A stretch of DNA of 64,000 bases from Octopus sinensis (lineage: Eukaryota): positions 7,254,001 to 7,318,000 of the forward strand of contig NC_043009.1 in the NCBI RefSeq assembly GCF_006345805.1, given 5' to 3'. Within the stretch, counting starts at the first letter, position 1, and every line of letters starts with the position of its first letter. The position numbers and the translations under genes were made by a program. The notes beneath the pieces were generated by a model, which saw nothing but the letters and a program-made list of their open reading frames with translations, did no database searches and was not told where the DNA came from. Below are positions 28,130-41,352 of this stretch, in pieces.

Positions 28130-29122
28130 TATACATATATACCAGTGACTAGTAACGAAGAGATCAACTACACCAAATCGGCGCATGTGTGGGCGTGTGG
28201 AAAGAAGTTTGTTTCCCCAGGCGAATGGTTCTTGGCATTAGTCCTTCTGTGACTGGAAACAAGAGTGTATATATGTTTGTGCGTGTGTGTGTAGCATATA
28301 TATATATATATACATATGTGTGTGTACATATATATATATATATACACACATACACACGTGTATCAGTGTGTGATAGTGTGCATGAATATGTGCGCACGCA
28401 AGCGTGTGCACATGGACGTATTTCTCTTTGTCCCTCACCAGTGTTTGACAACCAATGTCGGTTTGTGCTTACATCCCAGTAACTTAACGTTTCCTCATGA
28501 GAGGCTGATTGAATAAACACCAGGTTTCAAAAATATAAATTCTGGTTTCGATCCGTTCGACTAAAGTCCTTCAAGGCGGAATCCCAACATGGCCACGGTC
28601 CAAATATCTGGGACAAGAAAAATATAGAAGACAGAAGATAAATAAAGGTACAAGTGTGTGAAACCCTTTTGATGTTGCAATTTTGTATTCTATGGAAAAA
28701 CAGAAAGACAGGAGAGATTGGAAAACAGAAAATCAGAAACATGATGGTGATATCTCCTCACTTGTATTTCATACAACAATGGATATTACACATGCTAATT
28801 TTCCATTTAATTCTACCGTTACTCTAGGATATAGTCCATTGATATTTGTCTCGCTACTCAAACTTCCGTACACTACAATAGAATCAATGCGCGTCTGTGA
28901 GCATATATATATATATATATGTGGGGGGGGGTAGGTAGATATTTGTCTACATATTTGTCTATATATTTGTCTACATAGATGCAAGTGAATAGTAAAAAGA
29001 CATGTATATATAATGTATGTATATGCATGCGTGTATAATATATATATGTACATATGTATTCATAAATATATATTTATATATATATATACACACACATGCA
29101 TATGCGCTGTTTATGATTTATA

Positions 29123-29166
<44 letters not shown>

Positions 29167-29392
29167 GCACACACGCGTATACGCATAAGATTATATTTTC
29201 TTTCCCCCTTTTTCTCTCTCTCTGTATATATATATATATGTATGTGTGTGTGTATATATGTATGTATGTATGTGTGTATGTATGTATAAATAGATAGATA
29301 GATAGATAGATACATACATACATACATACATACATGCATAGCTAGCTAGCTGGCTAGCTAGCTAGCTAGATAGATAGATAGATAGATAGATT

Positions 29393-29478
<86 letters not shown>

Positions 29479-30364
29479 AATGCACACGCTAAGATGCATA
29501 CTTACATACATATGATAATAGAAAAGAAAGGCTGTACTCTAAATTATTCAATATCTTTGTCAGACGGAATAACTGAGAAATGGGAAAGGGGTTGGCAACC
29601 ACTGTAACAGCAGACAGCCACGTGATGTATTGGAGACAATTAAGAAATAAATAGTATTTGAAAAATTCTTGGAACAGGTGCTGTAATGCAGCAGAGAGCT
29701 TGTAGACCGTTGCCTTGGGTAACAGTCTTTGTGATTGACGAATGAGATTATGAAGGGAGTAGACAGACAAACAGACAGACAAATAGAAGGAAAAATAAAT
29801 AAAAAAAGAAAAAGAAAAAAGTAGATTAATTAATTCAATAAAAATAAGAAAAGAAAACAAAACAACGACGACAATAACAATTCCATTAAGAAAAATAACA
29901 AGAGCAGCCACGACAACAACAACAACATCAATAACAAGAAGAATTTTATGAAGGAAACTAACAGCAGCAGTGACAAAATCAACAACAACAACAACAACAA
30001 CAACAATTTATCAGGACAAATAACAGCAACAACAACAGCAGTAGTAGTAGTAGCAGTAGCAGCAGCAATGGTGGTAATGACAACTAACAAGAATTTGGTT
30101 TATGGTAAGGTGTCACTTATTACCATAATTTTGTGAAAAGTCCTCTCCGCCGCATCTCGCTGCCTGATTTACAGTCTTCTGTGTCTTGACGTTGACAGCG
30201 AAAATTCGCCATTTTACATTTCAGTTGGCCAGTATTCCTCTGGTTCTTTTTTTTTTTCTTTTTATAATTGTTACTATTGTCAAGGAAAATGATTTTTGTT
30301 TTATTTGTTTGTTTTATCTCTCCCTTTCTCTCTCCCTCCCTCTCTCCCTCTCTCTCTCTCTCTT

Positions 30365-30402
<38 letters not shown>

Positions 30403-30433
30403 TAGATATATATATATACATATATATATATAC

Positions 30434-30481
<48 letters not shown>

Positions 30482-30614
30482 GTATATATGTATATATATA
30501 CATGTATATATTATTGTAGTGTATCATTTCATGATTTGTTTCTTTGGGGGGGCTGATTTTAATTTTGCTTTTGTGGGGTTTTTTGGGGGATGGGGGGAAT
30601 GGCAATTAAAGAAT

Positions 30615-31021
30615 GTATTACTACTACTACTGTTACTATTGCTGCTGCTACTGCTGCAACTGCTACTATCACCACTAACGCCATCACCTCTTCTACTGTT
30701 AATACCACGACCACCAACTACAACACCACTACAGCAACTACTACTACTATCACCACAACCACTGGTATTTCTACTAATGCTATCACCAACACAACCGCAA
30801 CCAACATTACCACCACCAGTAATGCTACTACTACCACTACTACCACCACTACTATTATTATCACCGCCATCAGCATCACCACCGTTATAACTACTACTAA
30901 CACCAACAACAACAACACCAACCCTACCATTACTACTATTTCTACTTCTAAGATGAAGACGGAATGATGACGACGATTAGTACTACGACTACTACAATTT
31001 TTACGATAATTATTACTACTA

Positions 31022-31082
<61 letters not shown>

Positions 31083-31098
31083 CATCATTATTATTATA
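30615..31098. repeat. decayed (ACT/ACC/AAC)n followed by (ATT)n trinucleotide repeats
   Basis: Low-complexity trinucleotide mosaic. Confidence 0.85.
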
Positions 31099-31991
31099 TA
31101 AAGGCAGTGGGCTGGCAGAATCGTTAGCATGCTTGCCGAAATCCTGAGCGGTATTTCGACCATCGCTACGTCCTCAGTTCAAATTCCACCAAGGTTGACT
31201 TTGCATTTCATCCTTTCGAGGTCGATAAATTAAGTATCCGTGAAAGACTGGGGTCGATGTAATCGACTAGTTCCCTCCCCACAAATTTCAGGCGGCAAGC
31301 TGGCCGAATCGTTAACACCCGGGATTAAATGATGGAGGGTATTTCGTCCGTCGTTATGGTCTGAGTTCAAATTTTGCCGAGGTCGGCCTTGCTTTTCCGC
31401 TTTTTCGGGTTCGATAAAATAAGTGCCATTTTAAAACTTGGGTCACCTCCTTTCCGCGAAATTGCTGGCCTTGTGACAAAATTTGAAATCAATATTATCG
31501 CTCTCATCATCGCCATCATAATCATCATCTTCACCATTGATTGCCACATCATCATCATAGTTTACTTCAGAATATCGTTTAATATTATTGTTATTATTAT
31601 CGTTATTAATGTCATCAATACTATTTCCGGTTATAAAATTGCCATTCATTTTATTATTATTTTTGTACGTGTCACTATCATCATCATCGTTATCAACTTC
31701 ATCATCTTCTCTTAATAATTCAATTAATATAAATTAATATGATTACTATTAGAATTAGTCTAATTAAAATTTTGCCCCTGTGGCAAATAAATACACATTT
31801 TTTTGTGATGATTAACATGTTAAAATAGTTATTATTGTTTTTTATAATTATTTTCATAATTTTAGCCATGGTAAATTATATATGCAGTAGCAGTGGTGGC
31901 GGAGGTAGTCGTAGTTGTAGTGCTAGTGGTGGTGGTTGTGGTAGGTTGTCATGGTGGTGGTAGAAAGTGTAGAAAGTGTAGCAGCAGCAGC

Positions 31992-32028
<37 letters not shown>

Positions 32029-32043
32029 TAGTAGTAGTAGTAT

Positions 32044-32078
<35 letters not shown>

Positions 32079-32079
32079 T

Positions 32080-32117
<38 letters not shown>

Positions 32118-32250
32118 ATTAATATGTTACCGTTAGAGTTCGGAAGTATTTTGTTTTTGCATACTGTTAAAAAATTATCTTGGGTTTCATCCTCATCCCC
32201 ATCCTCCTCCACCTCCTCCTCCTCCTCATCGTAATATTGATTATGTTTAA

Positions 32251-32640
32251 CGGGGGCGAGTAGGCAGAAATGCTAGCACGCCGGGTGAAATGCTTAGCGG
32301 TATTTCATTCTGAGTTCAAATTCTGCCGAGTTGACTTTGCCTTTCATCCTTTCGGGGTCGATAAATTAAGTACGAGTTACGCACTGGGGTCGATATAATC
32401 GATTTAATCCATTCGTCTGTCCTTGTTTGTCACCTCTGTGTTTAGCCCCTTGTGGGTAGTAAAGAAATAGGTATTTCGTCTGTCTTTTCGTTCTGAGTTC
32501 AAATTCCGCCGAGGTCCACTTTGCCTTTCATCCTTTCGGGGTCGCTAAATTAAATACCAGTTGCGTAGTGGGATAGATCTAATCGACTGGTCCCCCTCCC
32601 CAAGAATTTCGGGCCTCGTTTCTAGAGTAGTAAAGAATAT
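32251..32640 (+). mobile_element. SINE family A dimer
   Basis: Head, unit, junction aaagaaataggtatttcgtc at 32461-32480, second unit, short tail. Confidence 0.85.
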
Positions 32641-35600
32641 TGACTGTAAATAATATCATTATCAGTTTTAATACTATTATCAATATATATTATTAACAGA
32701 AGCGGAATCTCTGGAAATATGATGAACTCTAAATATTATTTTCTTTTGTGTAGTATATTTTCATGCATAAATAATTTTATTTGAAATAAATTATTTCATT
32801 ATGCTAAAAATTTCAACTCTTTACTTATCGTTTCATAAATAAAATTGTTTAAAAACGTGTGACACGAACATCTACATTATGTGACTGAGAAACTAGCAGA
32901 ATAATTCTTTCACCTAAAGGCACAAGGCCGGAAATTTGATGGATGAGACTAGTCAACTACGTGGTCCACAATACGCAATTGGTACTTATTTTATCAACCC
33001 CGAAAGAATAAAGGACAAAAGATGATACAGCAGACTTTGAACTTAGCCGGAAGAATGTTACGAAGCATATTGTCAAACGCGCTAACGATTCTACCATCTC
33101 AATCCGTATTTTTCGAAATAATCCTTTCGAATATTGGGCACAATGCCTGAAATTTTAATGTCGGGGGCTAATCGTTTGCAACGACTCCAGTGCTTAATTG
33201 GAGCCTGTTTTATTGACCCTAAAAGGATAACCAGTAAAATCGACTTTGGTGGAATTTAAACTCAGAATGTAAAGCTGGAAGAAATGATTTAAGCATTTTG
33301 CTCAACGTTGTTCTGCGATCTTACAGAATTATATACATTATTATTAATTTCAGGGGCCACAGAAAGATCCATGTTATAAATGTTAGACTTTCTATAAATT
33401 TCTATAAATCATTTAGACCTGTTCGTTGTTGTTTGCGCTAAACAAATCGGTTATGTCTTCGATTTCGTTCAATAGTTCAGGTCGTTTAAAGCGTAACACT
33501 TGCATATATGTATGAAGCACTTAATGAAATATAAGATAATATTTTAGATATTACTACATAAAATTACTGTGCAAACGAGAGCATGACAAATAACAACAAC
33601 AGCGACAACAATTACTAGAATAAGAGCATACAGATCATCTTCTCATCTGCACTGTTCTCTTGAAGGAAAACTGTAGATTAAGGTAAGAGTACATGACTGT
33701 GTGCAGTGGAGCAAGATTTCCCGCTAGCTTTCTTTGTAGACTAAACAGCGTTTTCCAATTTCTGTTTTGTAACCCTACTTGGTCATATTTGGAGTGGATT
33801 ACCTCAATATAGGGAACTAGAGTCGGTTCCGAACGAAGGGAACTTGTTTAACTGATGTAGAACAATCAACATAAATGAAATAGCTACTAGTGGGACCATA
33901 AGTTTCGATGCTCTCCATGACTCTCTGCGTATTTGTAATACTGTATTTCGGAAAATACCGGCATCGCCAGGGTAAGACGCTTTTCCGGTACCCTAGTATT
34001 GTTGTTTCTGGTCATGAATAACAGTAATTTGAGTTTTGCAACCGTTATTCTCCGACTGTGGCTGGCAATGCTAAATTCTTCAAGCGTCTTGAATTGTCGT
34101 TGGGAGCATCCAGCTTTGGATTAGATGTTAGTACATATCTGTATTTAGATAGTGGTAAGGCTGGCTGTAAGCAGTCTGGGTTGGCTTCCCTTTCCTTCGC
34201 TTTCTTCTTAGATTTTTAAAAGAGGCAACCCGCAACGCAAGAGATACTTGCACTCAACGTCGGCCAACTGGCAAAGCCAACAGTTATATTACCACTAATT
34301 GTCTGTCTGACTGCATTAATCATTAACTGGTGAAAATGTATGTTTTCTGCAAAACTTTTCAGAAAGTTAAGGCTCTTTTGCATTATTACTGCGATTCATA
34401 ATAATACCCCGTTATATAATTTGGTGTTCACGTCGAATAAAAATTAATTATTTTTCAATCTAAGATGTTATCATCTGAGAAAGTCTGCGTTCTTGCAATT
34501 AACCGTTCATTTCCGAGCTATTTCAATGTAAGCTTTGAAAAGTAGACTTTTGATACTATCAATTACCGAATACTTCCAACTTAAGTAAAGTTTGCGCATT
34601 GCTACAACGCTAATTGGTGTCCTTGTCTAAAAGCATTTCCAGTGTCTGCCATGTCACATCCAACATTTCAGTAATCTGTAACAATACGATGTTCACTTCA
34701 GAAACTGTATATGTGATTAGTGTTAGTGGTGTTGGTAGTGGTGTTGGTGTTGGTGGTGGTGGTGGTGATGGTGTAGGGATTCACCATTACTTAAGTCGTT
34801 AATTCTTTGATTTTTATATTCACTTTCTTTTTGCAGGTTTAGTTTCAAAACTTATCAGCTCTCTGTCTTTGAGTAGTCGAGGAATTATCGCTTAAAATTC
34901 TAGACATCATTTGTAATTATAGCATTATCAATAAAGATTAATACAATATATTTTGCAGGTAGAAAACTACAGGATTGTCTCTTTCTGACTGTCTTGAAAT
35001 CCTCTTAAACAGATTTATTTATTACATAATCCACCAGAACGTTCATCTGCATTTGACGTCCACAAAATAACGTGCAGTGGCTGATGTTATGGAGACAGGC
35101 GCTAAACCTAACACCTCGGTATATACTCCGAAATGAAAACAGCGCTCAAGAGGTTGACTTGCCGTCTGTGTGTGAGAAACGTTTTTCAGAATGTCATCAC
35201 TTTGACGAAACTGGAGTTCTGGATCAAATGCTGAACGTAAGTGGGCCTTTGATATTTGGCACGATGCAAGACACTCATTCCTTTCTACCAGCTAGATAAT
35301 GAGGTTTAACTGATAGGAAAGCTGAAAAGCCAACACTTTCAATCTAAGGTGTGTTAACGGACATTATTTCAAATATTAGAGTGGGAACGATGTGAGTAGC
35401 ATTTTGTATCACAGACTGATTGAGTAGTATGGCTAATTTCCCGGCATCATTGGCTCAGTGTGCTATACTAGAGAGCATCGCATGTTCAGGATATATTGTC
35501 TACAGGCATGGACGCGTTGAAAACGTCAAAAACCGAAGGTCACCGAGGTGCGGACGTGCGTGAACGACCGACTGGCATGCAGCCGTTCCTTTTATGTGCC

Positions 35601-35726
35601 GTTGCTAGTTCTTGAAGATTTATCATACTCAGTTGTATGACATGCTAGACTGAAACAATTACCAACTGAGTTTATTGTGAAAACCGAATCAGCGTCTTTC
35701 TTTGCTAGGTGAAACATCAGTTAATC

Positions 35727-36405
35727 TATTAGGTTACCCGGAAAGTTCGTGCCGATTTCTAATGGAAAGAAAAAAGTCAATAAATACTTGCTATTACATT
35801 TTTAATCAACCAAATATGAACGATTTTGTTGCACAATACGTCTCCATCTTTCCTTTAACTTGAAAATACCCTCTTCCAGTACCCTTGTATTGTTGTTTCT
35901 GGTCATGAATAACAGTAATTTGAGGTTTGCAACTTTTATTCTGCGACTGTGACTGGCAATGCTGAATTCTTCAAGCGTCTTGAGTTGTTGTTGAGGTGGT
36001 TTCATAGCAAAGAATTCATCAAGGTATCTTTTTACGTCATTCAAGGAATTGAAATTTTTACCATTAAGACTATTCTGCGGAGACATGAATAAGTGGAAAT
36101 CCGAAGGAGCAATATCTGGTGAATATGGAGGGTGGGGTGAGACATTCCAGCTGAGCTGCAGCAATTTTTGTCTGGTTCGCAAAGCATCAAGTAACGAAAA
36201 TGAACTTTCTTATCTTCCATTTTAAAGGGTTACAGAATTAACACAGGTCATAGGAACATAAACCTTCTTCCACGAAAAGATAGCTTAAACTGTGCTCTAA
36301 ATGGAAGGTGTAGTCAAATCCTATTTTATGAAATCAACCATGTTCTAAAATAAGTCGAAAGATAAGCTACTATAAATCGGCACGAACTTTCCGGACAACC
36401 CAATA
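35727..36405 (-). mobile_element. internally deleted mariner transposon with both TIRs
   Basis: ~30-bp TIRs bounded by TA (tattaggttacccggaaagttcgtgccgattt / aaatcggcacgaactttccggacaacccaata); encodes the transposase N-terminus MEDKKVHFRYLML and C-terminus with HPPYSPDIAPSDFHLF. Confidence 0.93.
35802..36220 (-). pseudogene. mariner transposase remnant (N-terminus fused to C-terminus, with ~120-bp foreign insertion)
   Basis: ATG at 36220; deletion junction near 36178; YSPDIAPSD motif; ends EEGIFKLKERWRRIVQQNRSYLVD*. Confidence 0.9.
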
Positions 36406-36842
36406 GTATTGTGTAGTAGTTATTGGCTAAAGATGCAGTTGAGAAGCTTGGAGACAAGGGGTTTTCTCTCGGTCTTATTGAATTATTGAAATAAAAGCGA
36501 AAAAGGAAAATACGGTAAAATAACGGTGGTGTTAGTGTCTCGTTCTTTTCAATGTTATAAAACATGAGTAACAGTGAAGAGATTGGCATGTTTGAATAGA
36601 ACACATAACTTAAGCAGACGAAAGATCGGAAGAAATTACCAGGAAAAGACGCTTGACATTAGTTAAACCAGCGTTATGTAGACAGGAATTGGAAATCTCC
36701 GAAAATTGTTGTACTTGTTCTGCATTTAGGATTTAATTATTTTTAATTAATATACTGATGATAATCAATATTATTCGTTTACTAATCTCTCGTTAATACT
36801 ATTAATTGTCTTCATACTATTACAACATGAGCACACCCCCCA

Positions 36843-36880
<38 letters not shown>

Positions 36881-37387
36881 ACACACACACACACACGCAC
36901 ACTGTTTCTTGCTTGTTATATTTTTATCTATTTCGCATATCTGCTGTCTCCTACGTCTCGGGTCCGTCTCAGCAATACACGAAATGATCAACCCTCCTCC
37001 GCCTCCTCCTCCTCCTCCTCATCATCATCACCACCATCATCATCATCATCATTGTTGATATTGTTGTTGATGCTGTATTTTGGAAAACAAAGACTAAATC
37101 ATGTTTATCCGTCTCTGTCCGTCTGCCTGTCTGCCTGGATATGTGTCTGTCTTCTAATTGTATCGTATCTGTATGTATGTATATGTGTACCTTAGTGTGT
37201 GTACATACGTGTATATATCTGTATGTGTTTATACGTGCTTTTGTCTGCAGAATATGTGTATATTGTTCTAGGATTACACTCAAACACATACTCTCAAACA
37301 TCCTTACATAAATATACACGAATATACTCATATGTATGCACACACACGCACGCACGCTCACACACATATACACACATGTATATATAT

Positions 37388-37427
<40 letters not shown>

Positions 37428-37433
37428 TATATA

Positions 37434-37470
<37 letters not shown>

Positions 37471-38245
37471 AGTATGTATGTATGTATTAATATATCTATG
37501 TATTTAAACATACATATGTATATAAATGCACGTATCATACATGTATGCCTGTGTGTATGTGTGCGCCTACAAGTAGCTGTATGTGGGTATGCATGTGGAT
37601 GCGTGTGGCTGTCAATGGTGGCCTTAGCGGAGGACTCATATAAAATTCTTCGCATAGAAATTGCAATGCCAAGATTTCAGCCTGTCATCAGAGACTGCCT
37701 TCTTAATTAGTATAGATGTCTGCAACGAAAGAAAGGGATGTAAGCCTGACAAAAGTTTTAAATTGAACTGAGAACGCTGTGTAGACTAATGGGCCTCCAG
37801 GGAACAGTGTATATCTCGCAGGGCAGATGTATGTCTCCCAAACTACACTGGGCCACACTCATACACAGAAAAACACAGACATGCATACATACATACATAC
37901 ATACATACATACATACATACATACATACATACATACATACATACATACATACATACATGCATACATACATACATATAAATATACATACATGCATACATAC
38001 AAGCATACATACATGCATACATACATGTAGTGTATATATAAATATGTGTACACGTACTCAAGCGCACATACTGCACTTCATATTGTAGCATGGCTACGTA
38101 GGCGCAGGCATGTATACATGTACATAATTTTTAGAAAGATAGATATACACATATGGTAAATGTAGATAGATAAGTAGATGGATGGACAGAAATACAGAAC
38201 GATCAGGTTAGACAGATAGATAGATAGATAGATGGATAGATAGAT

Positions 38246-38417
<172 letters not shown>

Positions 38418-38605
38418 TTAGATAGATAGATAGGTAGGTAGATAGGTAGATAGATAGATAGTTAGATAGGCAGTAGTAGTAGTTACAGATCGGGATACTG
38501 AGAAACTGTTAAGTGTACAAATACACTTGCATCTCTCTCTCCCCCTTCTCATTTTCTATTTATCTATCTATCTATATATATGTATATATGTATATATATA
38601 TATAT

Positions 38606-38697
<92 letters not shown>

Positions 38698-38749
38698 CTG
38701 ATTCATGCAGTGCTCTTCCTCTTTCTATCTATTTCTCTCACTCTCTCAG

Positions 38750-38783
<34 letters not shown>

Positions 38784-39420
38784 AAGAAGCAGGGAGACAG
38801 AAGATAGATTATATCATTGTATAAATATAATGTTATGTGAATGGGTTATATCAAATTCACGTATGTATCTATGAATATACCTGTATTGATTTGAATGTCT
38901 GTGTTCATCTGCATGAGACCGTGATCGATGGATCAATAAATACCTAGATTTTAAAGGAATGAGAACTAGAAAGATATGAGCATATGGTTTATTTTCATAT
39001 TATTCTTAGAAATTTGAATATATTCTTCTTACATCTACGCAGTTGTACGTATAAACATATGTAATATCTCTGAATTTTGAGGGCATATTCTTATCCATTA
39101 TTATCAGAATAGTCAGCTAATGTACTTAATTTTGCAATTAGAGAAATGTTGATCAATTTAATTATTTATTCCTTCATTCAGTCATGTTATATATTTGGTG
39201 ACGGATAAACATCATTGAATAATCGATGTCCAATTCTAGTTCAAATAAAGAAAGGGAGATAAACACTGAATTTAAATAAAGTCCATTTAATCTAAAATTA
39301 TGTTCGGTTTGAAATGATTCTAATTTTTGTTATATAATGATACATGAGATATTTCGTTTACATAAGACAACATCCGTGAATTCTATTTTACTTGCAAATT
39401 TCATATGTTAAATTCTCAGA

Positions 39421-39869
39421 ATATTTTAATCTTTTCTGTTTGAACGGCAGTTTTTAACATAATTTCTAGGTAACTAAAAAATTTTAAACTTCGTATACTG
39501 GTAGAATGTGTTTATAAAACATCTTTTTCTCTTGGCTTTATTGAGAAAATTCTATAGTTTGTAAGATATTTGTTGGGTTTTTTTCTGCAATTTCAACCAA
39601 TCACTGACGTCTATTGAGGTAAAAAACATTCTGTGCCGTATGAATATGTCCATCGTTTAAGAAACAGATTGGGTTTATTTACATTTCTGAAGAAAAAAAA
39701 GATACCCTTCCCCCTAACCCTAACCCTAACCCTCACTATCCCTAACTAACTCTAACCCTAAAACAGATTGAAATGCAATAGATCGATACTAGGGTCATAA
39801 TTATGGGTGACAATTTCATATGACACCGCTAGAAAAAACTGCCGTTCAAACCGAAAACATCCGAATATT
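39421..39869. mobile_element. non-autonomous TIR element containing (CCCTAA)n, copy 1
   Basis: TIR atcttttc[t/g]gtttgaacggcagttttt / aaaaactgccgttcaaaccgaaaacat; internal ccctaa repeats at 39713-39760; colinear with 51906-52332. Confidence 0.85.
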
Positions 39870-40419
39870 TAACTCTAATACAAAGGGGTAGACTGTGTCA
39901 CTGATGATGTCGAATATGGCGTAAAAATTTCTCTGATGAGGACAAGACTGAAACACTTATGATTAGCATTTTTAGTTATTTTTTATAAATATAAAATCCG
40001 AGATTGCCTCCCTTGAAATTTTTGACAACAAATAATCATTTAGTAAATATTTTTGAAAAGGTGAGCTCTTGGTATTGTGAATTCTATGCATACAAATATA
40101 TGTCTTCAGTAAAACTGTAGCTGACACCTGCACAAAGACACATTCTTGCATGCAAACACACACAAACATCACACACACTTGTCTACATGAATAGCAAAAT
40201 AAACCACAACCAAAGACAAGAAAGAAGCGTCATGGCATTTTATTTTTAATTTGGTTTAATTAGTTTACCTTTATTTTTACATTAATCATTTATTTGATAC
40301 TCATCAGCGTTAAGGGTAAATTTTTAATGAATTTAATTAATGATTCGTAACAATATGTATATCTATGCCCAGTTTACCCATTCATTTTCGTGCAGCAGGC
40401 TCACAATCATACACACACA

Positions 40420-40760
40420 CATAACCCCAAGATTCCGAGTTCGATTCCAAGCAGTGGACCTGAACAATAACAATAACAACAACAACAACAACAATAATAA
40501 TAATAATGATGATGATAATAATAATGATAATGATAATAATAACAACAATAACAATAATAATAATAATAATAACAACAACAGCAACAACAACATCAAAAAA
40601 TACATTAGGAATGAGAACCCAGGTTCGAAATTTCCCCAAGACACCTGATGAAGGCTGGAGGGTATATCAGCTGAAATGTTGTGTTATCACCAAACAAGAG
40701 GAAGACAAATATTTGTCAAATGTAAATAATGTAAATAATTCCTCATCTCTTAAATATTGA
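40420..40760 (+). mobile_element. non-coding repeat: tRNA-like head + (AAC/AAT)n + hammerhead-bearing tail
   Basis: cataaccccaagattccgagttcgattcc (B-box-like, 40437-40448), trinucleotide tract 40463-40590, hammerhead motif 40640-40685. Confidence 0.55.
40640..40685 (+). ncRNA. minimal type-I hammerhead ribozyme motif
   Basis: GACAC-CUGAUGA-A-GGCUG[10 nt]CAGCU-GAAAU-GUU|GUGUU: stem I 5 bp, stem II 5 bp (one G.U), intact core, minimal stem III. Confidence 0.6.
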
Positions 40761-41316
40761 ACCGTGAGGTAATGTGTTTAGCTCAGGAATACAACGAAAC
40801 ATCTGGAGTAGGGAACTACGATCTCGCGATTATGGGTGTCGTTCCCTAACCACTAGGGCATTCTCCCTCACATATAAATATAACTAAAATTTTCGTGAAT
40901 TAGTATGGCACTGATCGTTAAAACGCTTGCAGTGTAACGTAATTGTGAATCCCTTAAATTGTAAGCGTTAACTGTAAAGAGAACGTAGTTTATTTAATAG
41001 GGGTGCTATTTATTTTAACCATACTAAGTAGTAATGAAACACGAAACAGAATCAAGAAGGACTGAGATTAGATAAGTTCAGGGAAGTAATTTCAGGTCAA
41101 CGAATCTCCTGATGCTCTTTCCGATGTAAACTTAGGCCGTCATTCATTCGGAATTAGGATATCCATAATTGGTCGTATACATATTTTTATAATTATGAAT
41201 ATTAGTCGCAATGCTATTGGCAGACACTTATGCGTGTATATAAATATATGAATGTTTGTTAGCCACTACACACATTTGTTTCTCTCCTTGTTTCTCTCCT
41301 TGTTTTTTCTGTGTCC

Positions 41317-41352
41317 CTCTCTGTAGAAGAGCGTAGGCTCGAAATGTAAAAT
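41317..41352 (+). ncRNA. hammerhead-like motif with variant core
   Basis: CUGUAGA-A-GAGC[GUAG]GCUC-GAAAU-GUA: perfect stem II, A6-to-U change in the core, poor stem I. Confidence 0.4.

Noticed and set aside
30590-30967. Thr-rich mucin-like ORF
   Set aside because: Decayed ACT/ACC/AAC trinucleotide repeat contiguous with (ATT)n; no signal peptide or splice context
37668-37698. Minus-strand CUGAUGA-CAGGCU-GAAA
   Set aside because: Core spacing fits but stems I and II do not pair
39713-39760. True telomere or chromosome-fusion site
   Set aside because: Short degenerate tract inside a dispersed TIR element, with no head-to-head arrangement
39901-39955. Two CUGAUGA motifs (39901, 39933)
   Set aside because: The first lacks GAAA; the second has a mismatched stem II and no NUH or stem I
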